IMG/VR virus record: IMGVR_UViG_3300037851_000058
Location: 1 to 45,981 of that record
Reading direction: 5' to 3' (one strand)
Length of the DNA stretch: 45,981 bases
Source: a virus
Lineage: Duplodnaviria > Caudoviricetes
A program made the position numbers and the translations under genes. Positions 1 through 8,673 of this stretch are shown here, piece by piece. Position 1 is the first letter of the stretch, and every line of letters starts with the position of its first letter. The notes beneath the pieces are model-generated. The model had not been told where the DNA came from. It searched no databases and was given only the letters and a program-made list of their open reading frames with translations.

Positions 1-100
1 TCTCAACGGCGGAGGAGGGTCCAACGTATGAAAACTAAACTGATGGCGGCGGTGTTGCTGGGGATGTTGATCGGTCAGAATCTCGTCGGGCTGGCGGCGG
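1..100. repeat. Terminal direct repeat, left copy (circular overlap)
   Basis: 1..100 equals 45882..45981 except G11 vs A45892; ORFs run across the junction. Confidence 0.95.
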
Positions 101-186
101 CGGGATCTCCCGCGCTGATCACGTTCAGCGATGTTCAGAGGATCATCCGGGTGCTTGAGCGGATCGAAGCGAATACGCGCCGATGA
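28..186 (+). CDS. Small hypothetical protein with hydrophobic N-terminus (52 aa)
   Basis: Read by hand: MKTKLMAAVLLGMLIGQNLVGLAAAG...; SD GGAGGG upstream; ATGA coupling at both ends. Confidence 0.7.
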   Translation: MKTKLMAAVLLGMLIGQNLVGLAAAGSPALITFSDVQRIIRVLERIEANTRR

Positions 187-350
187 CCGCTCAAGAGCGT
201 AGCGACGCGATTGCGAAGACTCTCTACATGGGCATGGTCCCGGACATCTGGACGATGATGGCACAAGCCGTGGTCATGCGACATCTGGAGGAGGCGTGGA
301 AGGAAGGATACGAAGCCGGAAAAGCGGCTCAAAAAAACAGGGGGGACTGA
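183..350 (+). CDS. Hypothetical protein (55 aa)
   Basis: Read by hand: MTAQERSDAIAKTLYM...; ATGA overlap with previous gene. Confidence 0.65.
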   Translation: MTAQERSDAIAKTLYMGMVPDIWTMMAQAVVMRHLEEAWKEGYEAGKAAQKNRGD

Positions 351-351
351 C

Positions 352-573
352 ATGAAAATGTATTGCACTTCATGCGGGACAATCGACAAGCCGAAGAAAT
401 TGATCAAGGGATCGTTCGTGGTCGAGCTTCTAATGTGGCTGATGTTCATCTTGCCGGGGCTGATCTATTCATGCTGGCGGGTCGCCGGAGCGGAGATGGT
501 GTGCCGGAAATGTGGCAAGGCGACGATCATCCCGGAGGATTCGCCGATCGCGCGTAAGGCGCTCGCCGCATGA
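352..573 (+). CDS. Zn-ribbon membrane protein
   Basis: CTSC and CRKC flank a hydrophobic segment (LLMWLMFILPGLIYSCW). Confidence 0.7.
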   Translation: MKMYCTSCGTIDKPKKLIKGSFVVELLMWLMFILPGLIYSCWRVAGAEMVCRKCGKATIIPEDSPIARKALAA

Positions 574-722
574 CCTGTCCATCCTGCCACCGCTTCGTGC
601 GTGTGAAAGAGATCCGGATGCACGGCGGAGCGGTGGAGGAAGTCGAGGCGACGTGCGAAAAGTGCGGGCCTGTTCTGATCACCGACTGGGAATGGGAGGA
701 TCTATTCGGCCCGAATGAATGA
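570..722 (+). CDS. Small Zn-ribbon protein (50 aa)
   Basis: Read by hand: MTCPSC...CEKCGP; ATGA overlap. Confidence 0.65.
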   Translation: MTCPSCHRFVRVKEIRMHGGAVEEVEATCEKCGPVLITDWEWEDLFGPNE

Positions 723-1239
723 CGCGCTTGCTCCTCCCGCATCCTTCGTGGGAACCCCCAGCGTGACCGCGATTCAAATGCTGGCCCTGATTCCCGACCT
801 CTCATGGTATGAGTGGGCCGGGGTCGGGCTGGCGATCTTCGTTGTCTGGGCGATCCTCGCCGCGCTGGGCTGGTATCTATTCCTCGAGTATTTCGACAAG
901 CGCGACGCGCGCACGCGCGCCATTGATCGGCTGGAGGAGGACAAGGATCAAGCCGCCTACCTCCGGGAGTGGGCCCGGACGCATGGCGCGCCCGCCTTCA
1001 CGCCAGCGGACAAGGCTTTTCTCAAGGGCCTACAGAGCATGGTCCCGGATAGCGGGGAAGGGCCCAAAATGCTGTTGTTGGAAGCCCGGGAGCTGGCGAA
1101 GGCTTACCAGCTCAGGCCCGGCGGGTTCGCCCTTGTAAGGGGCGACTACTCGCTGGTGGAAGCCTATTTCCGCTATCGGGGGTGGGAGCGCCTTCCCTTC
1201 CTCTGGCGGGATCGCCACATTTACCGGAAGCCGAAGTAA
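715..1239 (+). CDS. Hypothetical membrane-anchored protein
   Basis: One long TM segment; in operon; start uncertain. Confidence 0.6.
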   Translation: MNDALAPPASFVGTPSVTAIQMLALIPDLSWYEWAGVGLAIFVVWAILAALGWYLFLEYFDKRDARTRAIDRLEEDKDQAAYLREWARTHGAPAFTPADKAFLKGLQSMVPDSGEGPKMLLLEARELAKAYQLRPGGFALVRGDYSLVEAYFRYRGWERLPFLWRDRHIYRKPK

Positions 1240-1256
1240 CGAAAGGAGCCGCGCCC

Positions 1257-1478
1257 ATGAGTGAGAGTCAATGCAAGTGCGGGAAGCGGATCGTCTGGGG
1301 CTTGTTGGATGATGGGAAAAGAGTCCCGCTTGATCCGGTCCCGCCCGTCTATACTTACGACGAAGCAACCGGAAAAAGCACGCGCGTGAAATTCGCGGTC
1401 GTCTATGTCAATCACTTCGCCACCTGTCGATTCGCGAATGAATTCTCAAAATCGAAAAAAGAGGAGCCGACCGCATGA
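1257..1478 (+). CDS. Hypothetical Cys/His protein
   Basis: SD AAGGAG then ATG 1257; CKCG...VPLD...NHFATC pattern. Confidence 0.7.
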   Translation: MSESQCKCGKRIVWGLLDDGKRVPLDPVPPVYTYDEATGKSTRVKFAVVYVNHFATCRFANEFSKSKKEEPTA

Positions 1479-1699
1479 AGACTCAAATTATGTTCTCGCT
1501 TCACCACAACGATCACCTGATCTGGACCGCCTACCGGGAAGTCACTCCGGATCTGGCGCGCCTCATGACCCCGCATGATCTCGAAGCGCTCGGAGTGAAA
1601 GCCGAAGCCGCGCTCCGCGAAGTGCTGGGCAATGCGAATGTTCCAGAAGATCGACCGCTGGTCGAAACGAAGCCGCTGAAAAAATCTTCCCGTCGATAG
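1475..1699 (+). CDS. Hypothetical protein
   Basis: ATGA overlap, SD GAGGAG. Confidence 0.65.
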   Translation: MKTQIMFSLHHNDHLIWTAYREVTPDLARLMTPHDLEALGVKAEAALREVLGNANVPEDRPLVETKPLKKSSRR

Positions 1700-1736
1700 A
1701 TTCGCACAGGATTAAAAAACCTGTTACGCTTTCAGG

Positions 1737-1913
1737 GTGGCGCGCTCGCCGATCCTGATGGACGTGCGGTGTGAGAATTGCGACCGCCGCTGGCGCGCGC
1801 TGTTGCCGTATGGATGGGATGGGGTCAAGCTGGAATGTCCTTCGTGCTGGACGGCTTCCGGGATACCCGACCCAGATCTCGGGGGGCCTAATGACAATGC
1901 CGGAGTCGATTGA
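1737..1913 (+). CDS. Small Zn-ribbon protein (58 aa)
   Basis: Read by hand from GTG: ...CENC...CPSC; alternative start ATG 1758. Confidence 0.55.
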   Translation: MARSPILMDVRCENCDRRWRALLPYGWDGVKLECPSCWTASGIPDPDLGGPNDNAGVD

Positions 1914-2184
1914 ACACTGTAAGCTCTGCGGCTCTTTATGCCGCCGGGGAGTCGGTAAGGATGGCGACTGCTATTATGCGCCCTTCCTCGAGCACGCCGA
2001 GACTCCCGAAGCGAAGGACAAGCTCGCGAAGATGCTCCGCGACGCGAAGTTCTGCCAGCACAAGCTCGAACGCGCGGTCGAAGCCTTAAAGCACGTCGGC
2101 GAATTTCTTCAATCGAAGGGCCACAAGATCATGTATCTACAGGTCAAGGAAACTCTGCGAATGGTGGAGGAAACTTCCGAATGA
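1891..2184 (+). CDS. Hypothetical protein
   Basis: ATG 1891 after GGGGGG; CKLC motif; coupled to next gene. Confidence 0.6.
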   Translation: MTMPESIEHCKLCGSLCRRGVGKDGDCYYAPFLEHAETPEAKDKLAKMLRDAKFCQHKLERAVEALKHVGEFLQSKGHKIMYLQVKETLRMVEETSE

Positions 2185-3479
2185 AAATCATTTCCCGGAT
2201 GATGGCGTGGGGCATACAGGCGGCGGACGCGGTGACCTCGATTACGGAGCCGTGGGAGAAATTCACGCGCCCGATGATTCGCAAGACCGACCGATCGCTG
2301 GAAGATCGCGAGGCGGAATGCTGGGTCGATATGGCGGACTTCTGGCGATTCGACAAGCTGTTCATCCACCGCATTCCCCAGCCGCCGGGCTCGCCGCTGG
2401 ATCTGGGCGATCAATGTATCTGGCATGGGATCTATACCGCCATGCTGGCGATGAAGTTCGCGCTCAACCCCAACGACGGCCTGAAAGAATGGCTCGAGAA
2501 GGCGGTCGAAGGATTGCGCCTTCACCAACAGTGGGCGATCATCAAGCTCGGAGAAAAATATCCGCGCCTCATCCGGGGCTATGATGAAATCACCGGGGCA
2601 TGGGAAGATGACGCGAGCAATGACAGCCTGACTGGACATCTCGCCGGGATCTATTTCACCTACCGCTATGGGCCCGCCTCGACCCGGATGCGATGCGTGG
2701 AGCTGATTCAACAGCTCTCGGCGGCGCTGATCATGAATGATTACAAGCTCGTCAAATCAAACGGCGAACCCACGAAGCACGGCAAGCTGATCAACGGCGC
2801 GCTCACCGACCCGCTCCAGTTCACGCTGGTCATGGCGATCCTCACTTTCGCGGAGCGGTTCAATTTCGACCCGCGCATTCCGGAATTCCGGCACGATCTC
2901 TGGGACCGCTATGGCGCGATGACTCCCTACCCGAAGGTCGCGTTCATGAATAAAGAGAATTGGAACGATGAACATCGGGCGGCGATCCACCTCGCGATCC
3001 TCGCGCTGGAAGACAAGTCCCCCCGGATGCAATCGCGGGTGCAAGCCGGACTCCGGCGGCTCTGGAAGCTGGTGGATAAGCGCGCGAACATCTGGGTCAA
3101 TGCGCTGATCGCCCTCGGGCTGGGGCATGATCTCCCGGAAGACTGGCGCGCCGAGATGAAGCGTCAAGCCGAGATCGTCCTCGGCGAGTTTGAGCTGGCA
3201 GACAAGCGGTGGGATACCGAAGTGATCAACAGTAACAAGACCCTCACCGGGATAGATGGGGTCGCATGGACCCCGAAGGTCATCGAAGTGAACGGGAAGA
3301 AGCGCGCCACCCAGCCGCTCCCGATCTGGGCCTATGGTGTCCAAGACTTCATCTGGCAACGCCACCGCTACTCCTGCGATGATCGCTTAGGCCAGCATCA
3401 ACCCAGCTCTCAGCATAACGGCGGCGACTTCCTCTGCGCCTACTACCTGTCCAAAATCGCCGGAGTCCTCAACCCCTAG
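2181..3479 (+). CDS. Uncharacterised helical enzyme-like protein, possibly (alpha/alpha)6 barrel
   Basis: 432 aa; motifs GDQCIWHGIY, WEDDASNDSLTGH, NGEPTKHG, GGDFLCAYY; function unassigned. Confidence 0.6.
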   Translation: MKIISRMMAWGIQAADAVTSITEPWEKFTRPMIRKTDRSLEDREAECWVDMADFWRFDKLFIHRIPQPPGSPLDLGDQCIWHGIYTAMLAMKFALNPNDGLKEWLEKAVEGLRLHQQWAIIKLGEKYPRLIRGYDEITGAWEDDASNDSLTGHLAGIYFTYRYGPASTRMRCVELIQQLSAALIMNDYKLVKSNGEPTKHGKLINGALTDPLQFTLVMAILTFAERFNFDPRIPEFRHDLWDRYGAMTPYPKVAFMNKENWNDEHRAAIHLAILALEDKSPRMQSRVQAGLRRLWKLVDKRANIWVNALIALGLGHDLPEDWRAEMKRQAEIVLGEFELADKRWDTEVINSNKTLTGIDGVAWTPKVIEVNGKKRATQPLPIWAYGVQDFIWQRHRYSCDDRLGQHQPSSQHNGGDFLCAYYLSKIAGVLNP

Positions 3480-3507
3480 TCTTAATATATAACCTGATCT
3501 CAACCCC

Positions 3508-3536
3508 TTGTAATAATTACGCACGCGAGGTATATT
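3508..3536 (+). promoter_or_regulatory. Sigma70-like promoter of the packaging/late operon
   Basis: TTGTAA-17 nt-TATATT in an AT-rich gap, 9 nt before the terS ATG. Confidence 0.6.
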
Positions 3537-3545
3537 ATTTTCAGT

Positions 3546-4118
3546 ATGCCCTCAAGGAACCCCCGGAAAGCTCGCGCGCCTTTTCCTCTCCCGAAAGAAA
3601 TTGAAGACAGACAAGACTTAAAAAAAGAGACCCCTCTCTCGACGCTGGCAGATCGCAAGCAAGCCTTCCTCGACAATTTCATCAAGTGGGGCACGCACTA
3701 TCACACCGCGAAAGCGATCGGTGTCGATGCGCCGACCGTGAGCGGCTGGAAGCACGACGACCCGGAGTTCAAGAAAGCGGTCGATGCGCTGGAGATGGTC
3801 CCGATCTACATGATCGAGCGCTCCGCCATGCGCCGCGCCATTGAAGGCAAGAGCGATGTGCTCTCGATCTTCATGCTCAAGTCCCGGATGCCGGAGAAGT
3901 ACGGAGAGAGGCAGAAGCAGGAAATCGAGATCACGATCCACAACGTCATGACTTCCCAGTTCGTCGCGTTGATCAGGCAGACCGTCCCGGACACCTGTCC
4001 GCACTGTCAGTCTTTTCTCGGGCTAACCGGAAAACTCGCGCAAGAGCTGAACAGCCTCAGCGCACGATTAGACCCGGAGGGTCACGCGATTGCCACCCGA
4101 AGTCCTCAACCCGAATAA
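3546..4118 (+). CDS. terS: Terminase small subunit (putative)
   Basis: HTH-like KQAFL...AKAIGVDAPTVSGWKHDDPEF and IFMLKSRMPEKYGE; directly upstream of TerL. Confidence 0.75.
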   Translation: MPSRNPRKARAPFPLPKEIEDRQDLKKETPLSTLADRKQAFLDNFIKWGTHYHTAKAIGVDAPTVSGWKHDDPEFKKAVDALEMVPIYMIERSAMRRAIEGKSDVLSIFMLKSRMPEKYGERQKQEIEITIHNVMTSQFVALIRQTVPDTCPHCQSFLGLTGKLAQELNSLSARLDPEGHAIATRSPQPE

Positions 4119-5619
4119 CGAACGAGTCGCGGTCGCCTTCGCCGCGAAGGGATTCCGCTCCCTCTCCTCGGCGCTCACGCTTCCCCGGTATGATTACCGG
4201 GATTTTTTATCGCAAGCGTGGCCGATCCTCGAGCCCGCGAACCCTCTGCTTCACGATTGGTACATCGACGCTATATGCGAACACCTCCAGCTCGTCACCG
4301 ACGGGCAGATCCAGAAGCTCCTGATCAATATCCCGCCGAGATTCGGGAAGTCGAACCTCGTCACGATCCTCTGGCCCGCATGGACGTGGACGGTGAAGCC
4401 GTTCTTGCGTTTCATTTCCTGCTCGTACTCGGCCTCGCTCTCCGTCAAGCACAGCGTGGACCGCCGAAGGGTGATTGAATCGCCGTGGTATCAGGATCAA
4501 TGGGGCTCGCTCGTTAATTTCCGCGATGATCAGAACATGAAGAACGAATACGAGAACACCGCGCGCGGGCACATGCTGGCGACCTCGGTCGGCGGAACGC
4601 TCACAGGCAAGGGCGGCGACGTGATTATCGAGGACGATATGATCAATCCCAGCGAAGCCGAGTCCGATGCTTCGCGCTCTCATGCGATCACCATGCACCA
4701 GTCAGTCCTCAGCTCCCGGCTCGACAATCCGAAGCGCGGGATCAGGGTCGTGGTCGAACAGCGCACGCACCACCGGGATCTCACCGGGCACATCCTCGCG
4801 ACTGAAACCGGATGGACCCACTTGAACCTCCCGCTGATCGCCGAGAAGCGCTCGGTCGTGGTCCTGCCAGTCTCAAAGCGCGAGATCATCCGCGAGGAGA
4901 ACTCGATCCTCAACCCTTCCCGCTATGGTCGGAAAGAATGCGATGACCTGAAACAGATCATGGGCACGCGCACCTTCACCGCGCAATGCCAGCAGAACCC
5001 CACCGCCGAGATCGGGAACATTCTCAAGCGATCGTGGTGGAAGCGCTGGAAAGTCCTTCCGTCCGGATTTAATTTCCTCGTCACGTCATGGGACATGAGC
5101 TTCAAAGAAACCGAGAGCGGATCGTATGTCGTCGGGCAAGTCTGGGGTCGGCGCGGCGCTGATTATTTCCTCCTCGCCCAGACCCGACAGCGGATGGATT
5201 TCACCGACGCGCTCAATGCCCTGATCAATCTCTCTCGACAGTATCCGCTGGCGACCGGACACCTCGTCGAAGATAAGGCGAACGGGCCCGCGATCATCTC
5301 CGCCTTGCAGGGAAAAATCTCCGGGATCGTGCCGATCGAACCGCATGGTTCGAAGATCGCCCGCGCGCAAGCCGTGAGCCCGATCGTGGAAGCAGGGAAT
5401 GTTCACCTTCCCGACGAGAGCACTTGCGCTTGGGTCGCGGATTTCATAGAAGAATGTGCGGCCTTCACCGGAGGCGACGGGGAAATCAACGACCAAGTGG
5501 ACGCCGCCACTCAGGCGCTTTTCTGGATGTCTCAAGCCCGATTGATTGACGCTTCTGAGCTGGCAGACGAAGGTTCGTTCATCGAAGACTCGAACTTTGG
5601 GGGAGGGTTCTCGGCATGA
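4090..5619 (+). CDS. terL: Terminase large subunit
   Basis: Walker A NIPPRFGKS, Walker B IIEDD, nuclease SWD...EDKANG...DQVDA; TTG start. Confidence 0.95.
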   Translation: MPPEVLNPNNERVAVAFAAKGFRSLSSALTLPRYDYRDFLSQAWPILEPANPLLHDWYIDAICEHLQLVTDGQIQKLLINIPPRFGKSNLVTILWPAWTWTVKPFLRFISCSYSASLSVKHSVDRRRVIESPWYQDQWGSLVNFRDDQNMKNEYENTARGHMLATSVGGTLTGKGGDVIIEDDMINPSEAESDASRSHAITMHQSVLSSRLDNPKRGIRVVVEQRTHHRDLTGHILATETGWTHLNLPLIAEKRSVVVLPVSKREIIREENSILNPSRYGRKECDDLKQIMGTRTFTAQCQQNPTAEIGNILKRSWWKRWKVLPSGFNFLVTSWDMSFKETESGSYVVGQVWGRRGADYFLLAQTRQRMDFTDALNALINLSRQYPLATGHLVEDKANGPAIISALQGKISGIVPIEPHGSKIARAQAVSPIVEAGNVHLPDESTCAWVADFIEECAAFTGGDGEINDQVDAATQALFWMSQARLIDASELADEGSFIEDSNFGGGFSA

Positions 5620-7379
5620 TTCGACTCATTCAATCGTGGTACGAAAGAAAGCTCGCCGAGAATAAAACCTCCACCGCCGCCCTCACCGCTGAATCCCGAA
5701 TCATCGAAGAAGCGTCCCAGCTCGTCACGGAGCGCCCGGATCAGGACGGTTTCGTCCGGGTCTATGGGATCAATGATCGCGAGAAGGGCCACCTCGAAAC
5801 CAACCAGCTCGACATGATCAAGCAAGCGCGGAAGATGGAGCGCTTCGATCCGCACGCGCATGGAATCCTGATGACGATGGTGAACTACATCATGGGCCGG
5901 GGCCTCTCGATCACGCCGAAGTCCGAGGACCCGCTGATCTGGTACATCTGGCGGGAATTCTGGACCGCGAAGCGGAACAACATGGCGATCCGCCAGTTCG
6001 AAATCGTCCGCCGCCTGTTCCGGGATGGCGAGATCTTCATCGAGTTTTTCGACAAGGATGATCAGGGAGCCTCGACGGGAAAGACCACCATCCGATTTAT
6101 CGACCCGCTCCTCGTGCGCGATGACCCGAAGACCACAGCGGGCCAGCCGACCACCGTCGCTCGGGTGGGAATCACCACCGACCCGAATGATGTCGAAAAG
6201 ACGATCAGCTATACCGTGCAGGATCGCAACGACGAGAATAAATTCCGCATCGTCCCCGCCGAGAATGTCCTCCACGTGAAGATCAACGCCGACTCCGATC
6301 AGAAGCGCGGCGAGTCGTTCTTGCAATGCGTGATGAATTACATCCGGAACTACCAGCAATGGCTCGAGAACCGAATCATTCTCAACAAGATGCGCTCGGC
6401 GATCGTGATGATCAAGAAAGTCGAAGGCACGCCGACCGAAGTCGCGAAGCTGGCGAACACGATCGCGAATGCCACCAATACCGCCAGCGGTGAAACGAAG
6501 CGCCAGCAGATCCGGGGCGGCACGGTGATCACCGAAGGGCCGGGCGTGACCTATCGCATGGAAGCGCCGAACATCAACGCGACCGACGTGAAAGAGGACG
6601 GGCGCAACATCAAGATTGCAATGGCGGCGGGGTTGAATCTCCCGGAGTATGTCTTCGGCGATGCGTCGAACGCCAACTACGCCTCGACCCTGATCGCGGA
6701 GTCGCCCTTCGTGAAGGCGATCGAATACTGGCAGATCTACATTGAGCAAGCCTTCTCGGAGATCTACAAGCGGGTCCTCGAGAATGCGGTCAATGCCGGA
6801 GTGATTGAAGCGCCGAACGACGATGAATTTATCGCCCAGCTCAAGCAAGTGCGGATGCTGGGAGAAGCCGAGGAAGTCCCGCCGCCAGCGGAAGGAGAAG
6901 AAGCGCCGAAGCCCGGGGAAGAAACCGAGGAGCCGGAAGATCCGAAGGAAGCCGCGCTCAAGGAACTGATGCCCAACGGGAAGATGGAAATGCCCAGCGA
7001 AGTCTTTTACGGGTGCGACATGATGTGGCCCGAGATCATCCACCGTGAATTCAAGACACAAGTCGAAGGGCTGGTGCTGGCGCGCGAAGCGGGGTGGGTG
7101 AGCGATCCGACCGCTTGCTCGGCGATCGGCTACGACTACTCCGAGGAAGTGCGGAAGCAGAATCAAGCCGAAGAAGATGCCGAGAAGAATGACAACGCGC
7201 TTCTCGGGAAGCCCGGGGACGATGCCGAGATGGGCGCGGAGTTTGATTCGGTGATGAAATCGCTCACTCCCGAGGAGCGCCAGAAGGTTATGACCGGGAC
7301 TCCCGAGGAAGTGTCCGCTTTGGTGAAACAGAAATCCGCCGCGATGAAGATGGCGGCAACGAATGGCGAGGAGGACTGA
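5616..7379 (+). CDS. Portal protein
   Basis: Follows TerL; RDGEIF, QKRGES, GDASNANYAS motifs typical of lambda-like portals. Confidence 0.9.
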   Translation: MIRLIQSWYERKLAENKTSTAALTAESRIIEEASQLVTERPDQDGFVRVYGINDREKGHLETNQLDMIKQARKMERFDPHAHGILMTMVNYIMGRGLSITPKSEDPLIWYIWREFWTAKRNNMAIRQFEIVRRLFRDGEIFIEFFDKDDQGASTGKTTIRFIDPLLVRDDPKTTAGQPTTVARVGITTDPNDVEKTISYTVQDRNDENKFRIVPAENVLHVKINADSDQKRGESFLQCVMNYIRNYQQWLENRIILNKMRSAIVMIKKVEGTPTEVAKLANTIANATNTASGETKRQQIRGGTVITEGPGVTYRMEAPNINATDVKEDGRNIKIAMAAGLNLPEYVFGDASNANYASTLIAESPFVKAIEYWQIYIEQAFSEIYKRVLENAVNAGVIEAPNDDEFIAQLKQVRMLGEAEEVPPPAEGEEAPKPGEETEEPEDPKEAALKELMPNGKMEMPSEVFYGCDMMWPEIIHREFKTQVEGLVLAREAGWVSDPTACSAIGYDYSEEVRKQNQAEEDAEKNDNALLGKPGDDAEMGAEFDSVMKSLTPEERQKVMTGTPEEVSALVKQKSAAMKMAATNGEED

Positions 7380-7412
7380 CAATGGGTCCACGAAAGCCGA
7401 TGGGGTGCTGAT

Positions 7413-7613
7413 ATGGCGACATCAAAAATTGGACAAGTCTCGTCAAACGCGGTCTCGGATCTCATGCAACAGCATTGGGATCTGGACCGAAAGATCGGTG
7501 AGCTTCTGACCACCGCTTCGCTGGATCTCAAGCGCAAGCTGGCGGCGCGGCTCCCGACCATCTTGAGTGAGCTTGAAGCGGAGCTGAATCGCGTGGAGAT
7601 GCCGACCGCATGA
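7413..7613 (+). CDS. Hypothetical protein
   Basis: 66 aa, ATGA-coupled to next gene. Confidence 0.6.
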   Translation: MATSKIGQVSSNAVSDLMQQHWDLDRKIGELLTTASLDLKRKLAARLPTILSELEAELNRVEMPTA

Positions 7614-8575
7614 ATTTGACGGAGCGCCGATCCAACGCTGAGAACAACGCTCTCGAGGTTGTCGCTCGAAGGCTCCGTATTCAGCGGGTCGAGCTGTTCG
7701 CTCGCCTAGTGGCCGCCCAGCGCGGTCTGAGCGCGATCTTCGCGCCTATCGCTGAGGATCTGGCAAGCTGGGTGGAAGGGCACGGAACCCCCGCCGGGAT
7801 CAGGTCCATCAATGAGCGCATCCGCCAGAACATGATCCTCATGCGCCAGCGGCTTAATCCGTGGCTTCATTCGATCGTGCGCGACTCCTCGAAGATGAGC
7901 TTGCGTCATGCTCAGGACGCGCTGGTTCCGATCTTCGAGGACAATCAAGAGGCGCTTCGCAAGATCGCGGTGGGCGTGGTGCTGGCGGAAGCGAAAATCT
8001 CAATCGGGCTCGCCGCCGACTTCGCCTCGAAGAACAGCCCGAAGATCAAAATGTCCTCGGACAAGTGGCAGGGGAAGCAGATGAAGGTCATCAATCAGGT
8101 CATGAAAAAGCCGATGGCTGGGCTCAAGCCTTCGGACCGGATCTGGGAATTGACCCGCCGATCGGAAGCCGAACTCAAGCGGCTGGTGGTCTCGGGGATC
8201 GCCGAGGGACAGCATCCGACGGTGATCGCGAAGAAGATCAAAAAATATGTGAGCCCTCAGAAGACGAAGTTCGCCGAATCGCCGGGCGCTGGAGTCTATA
8301 AGAGCCCGTTCAAAAATGCGATGAGGATCGCCCGGACCGAAGCGATCAAGGCGTACAACCTCGCCTCGGCGGAGTTCGCGAAGGACAAGGACTGGATCAC
8401 CGGGATTCAGGTCAAGCTGTCTCCGAATCATGAAGTCGAGGACGAGTGCGACGGATGGGCCAACGGCGAGATTATTTCTCCGGAAGAATTCGCGGACAAT
8501 TTCCCGCTCCACCCCCATTGTATGTGCATGGGGGTCTACGTCATCGACAAGAAATTCCTCGGGGAGGAAAAATGA
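7610..8575 (+). CDS. Head morphogenesis / minor capsid protein (MuF, SPP1 gp7-like)
   Basis: RIARTE and PLHPHCMC motifs; lies after portal. Confidence 0.85.
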   Translation: MNLTERRSNAENNALEVVARRLRIQRVELFARLVAAQRGLSAIFAPIAEDLASWVEGHGTPAGIRSINERIRQNMILMRQRLNPWLHSIVRDSSKMSLRHAQDALVPIFEDNQEALRKIAVGVVLAEAKISIGLAADFASKNSPKIKMSSDKWQGKQMKVINQVMKKPMAGLKPSDRIWELTRRSEAELKRLVVSGIAEGQHPTVIAKKIKKYVSPQKTKFAESPGAGVYKSPFKNAMRIARTEAIKAYNLASAEFAKDKDWITGIQVKLSPNHEVEDECDGWANGEIISPEEFADNFPLHPHCMCMGVYVIDKKFLGEEK

Positions 8576-8673
8576 CTGACGGGATCATCGGCGGATTTTT
8601 TATGGGCATGGGCGCGACGCTCGGATACTTCGTGATGAAGCTGATCCTCGGGCTATTCGGGGCGCACGTCTAA
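8572..8673 (+). CDS. 33-aa hydrophobic peptide
   Basis: SD GGAGG; ATGA and TAATG coupling on both sides; MTDGIIGGFFMGMGATLGYFVMKLILGLFGAHV. Confidence 0.65.
   Translation: MTDGIIGGFFMGMGATLGYFVMKLILGLFGAHV

Noticed and set aside
1-100. Physical terminal repeat of the virion DNA
   Set aside because: A round 100-bp overlap in mid-gene is better explained as assembly circularisation.
5532-7391. Long minus-strand ORFs (also 9147..10319, 17022..18299, 29944..31002, 32242..33534)
   Set aside because: Antisense shadows of well-supported + genes in GC-rich DNA; no motifs or SDs.
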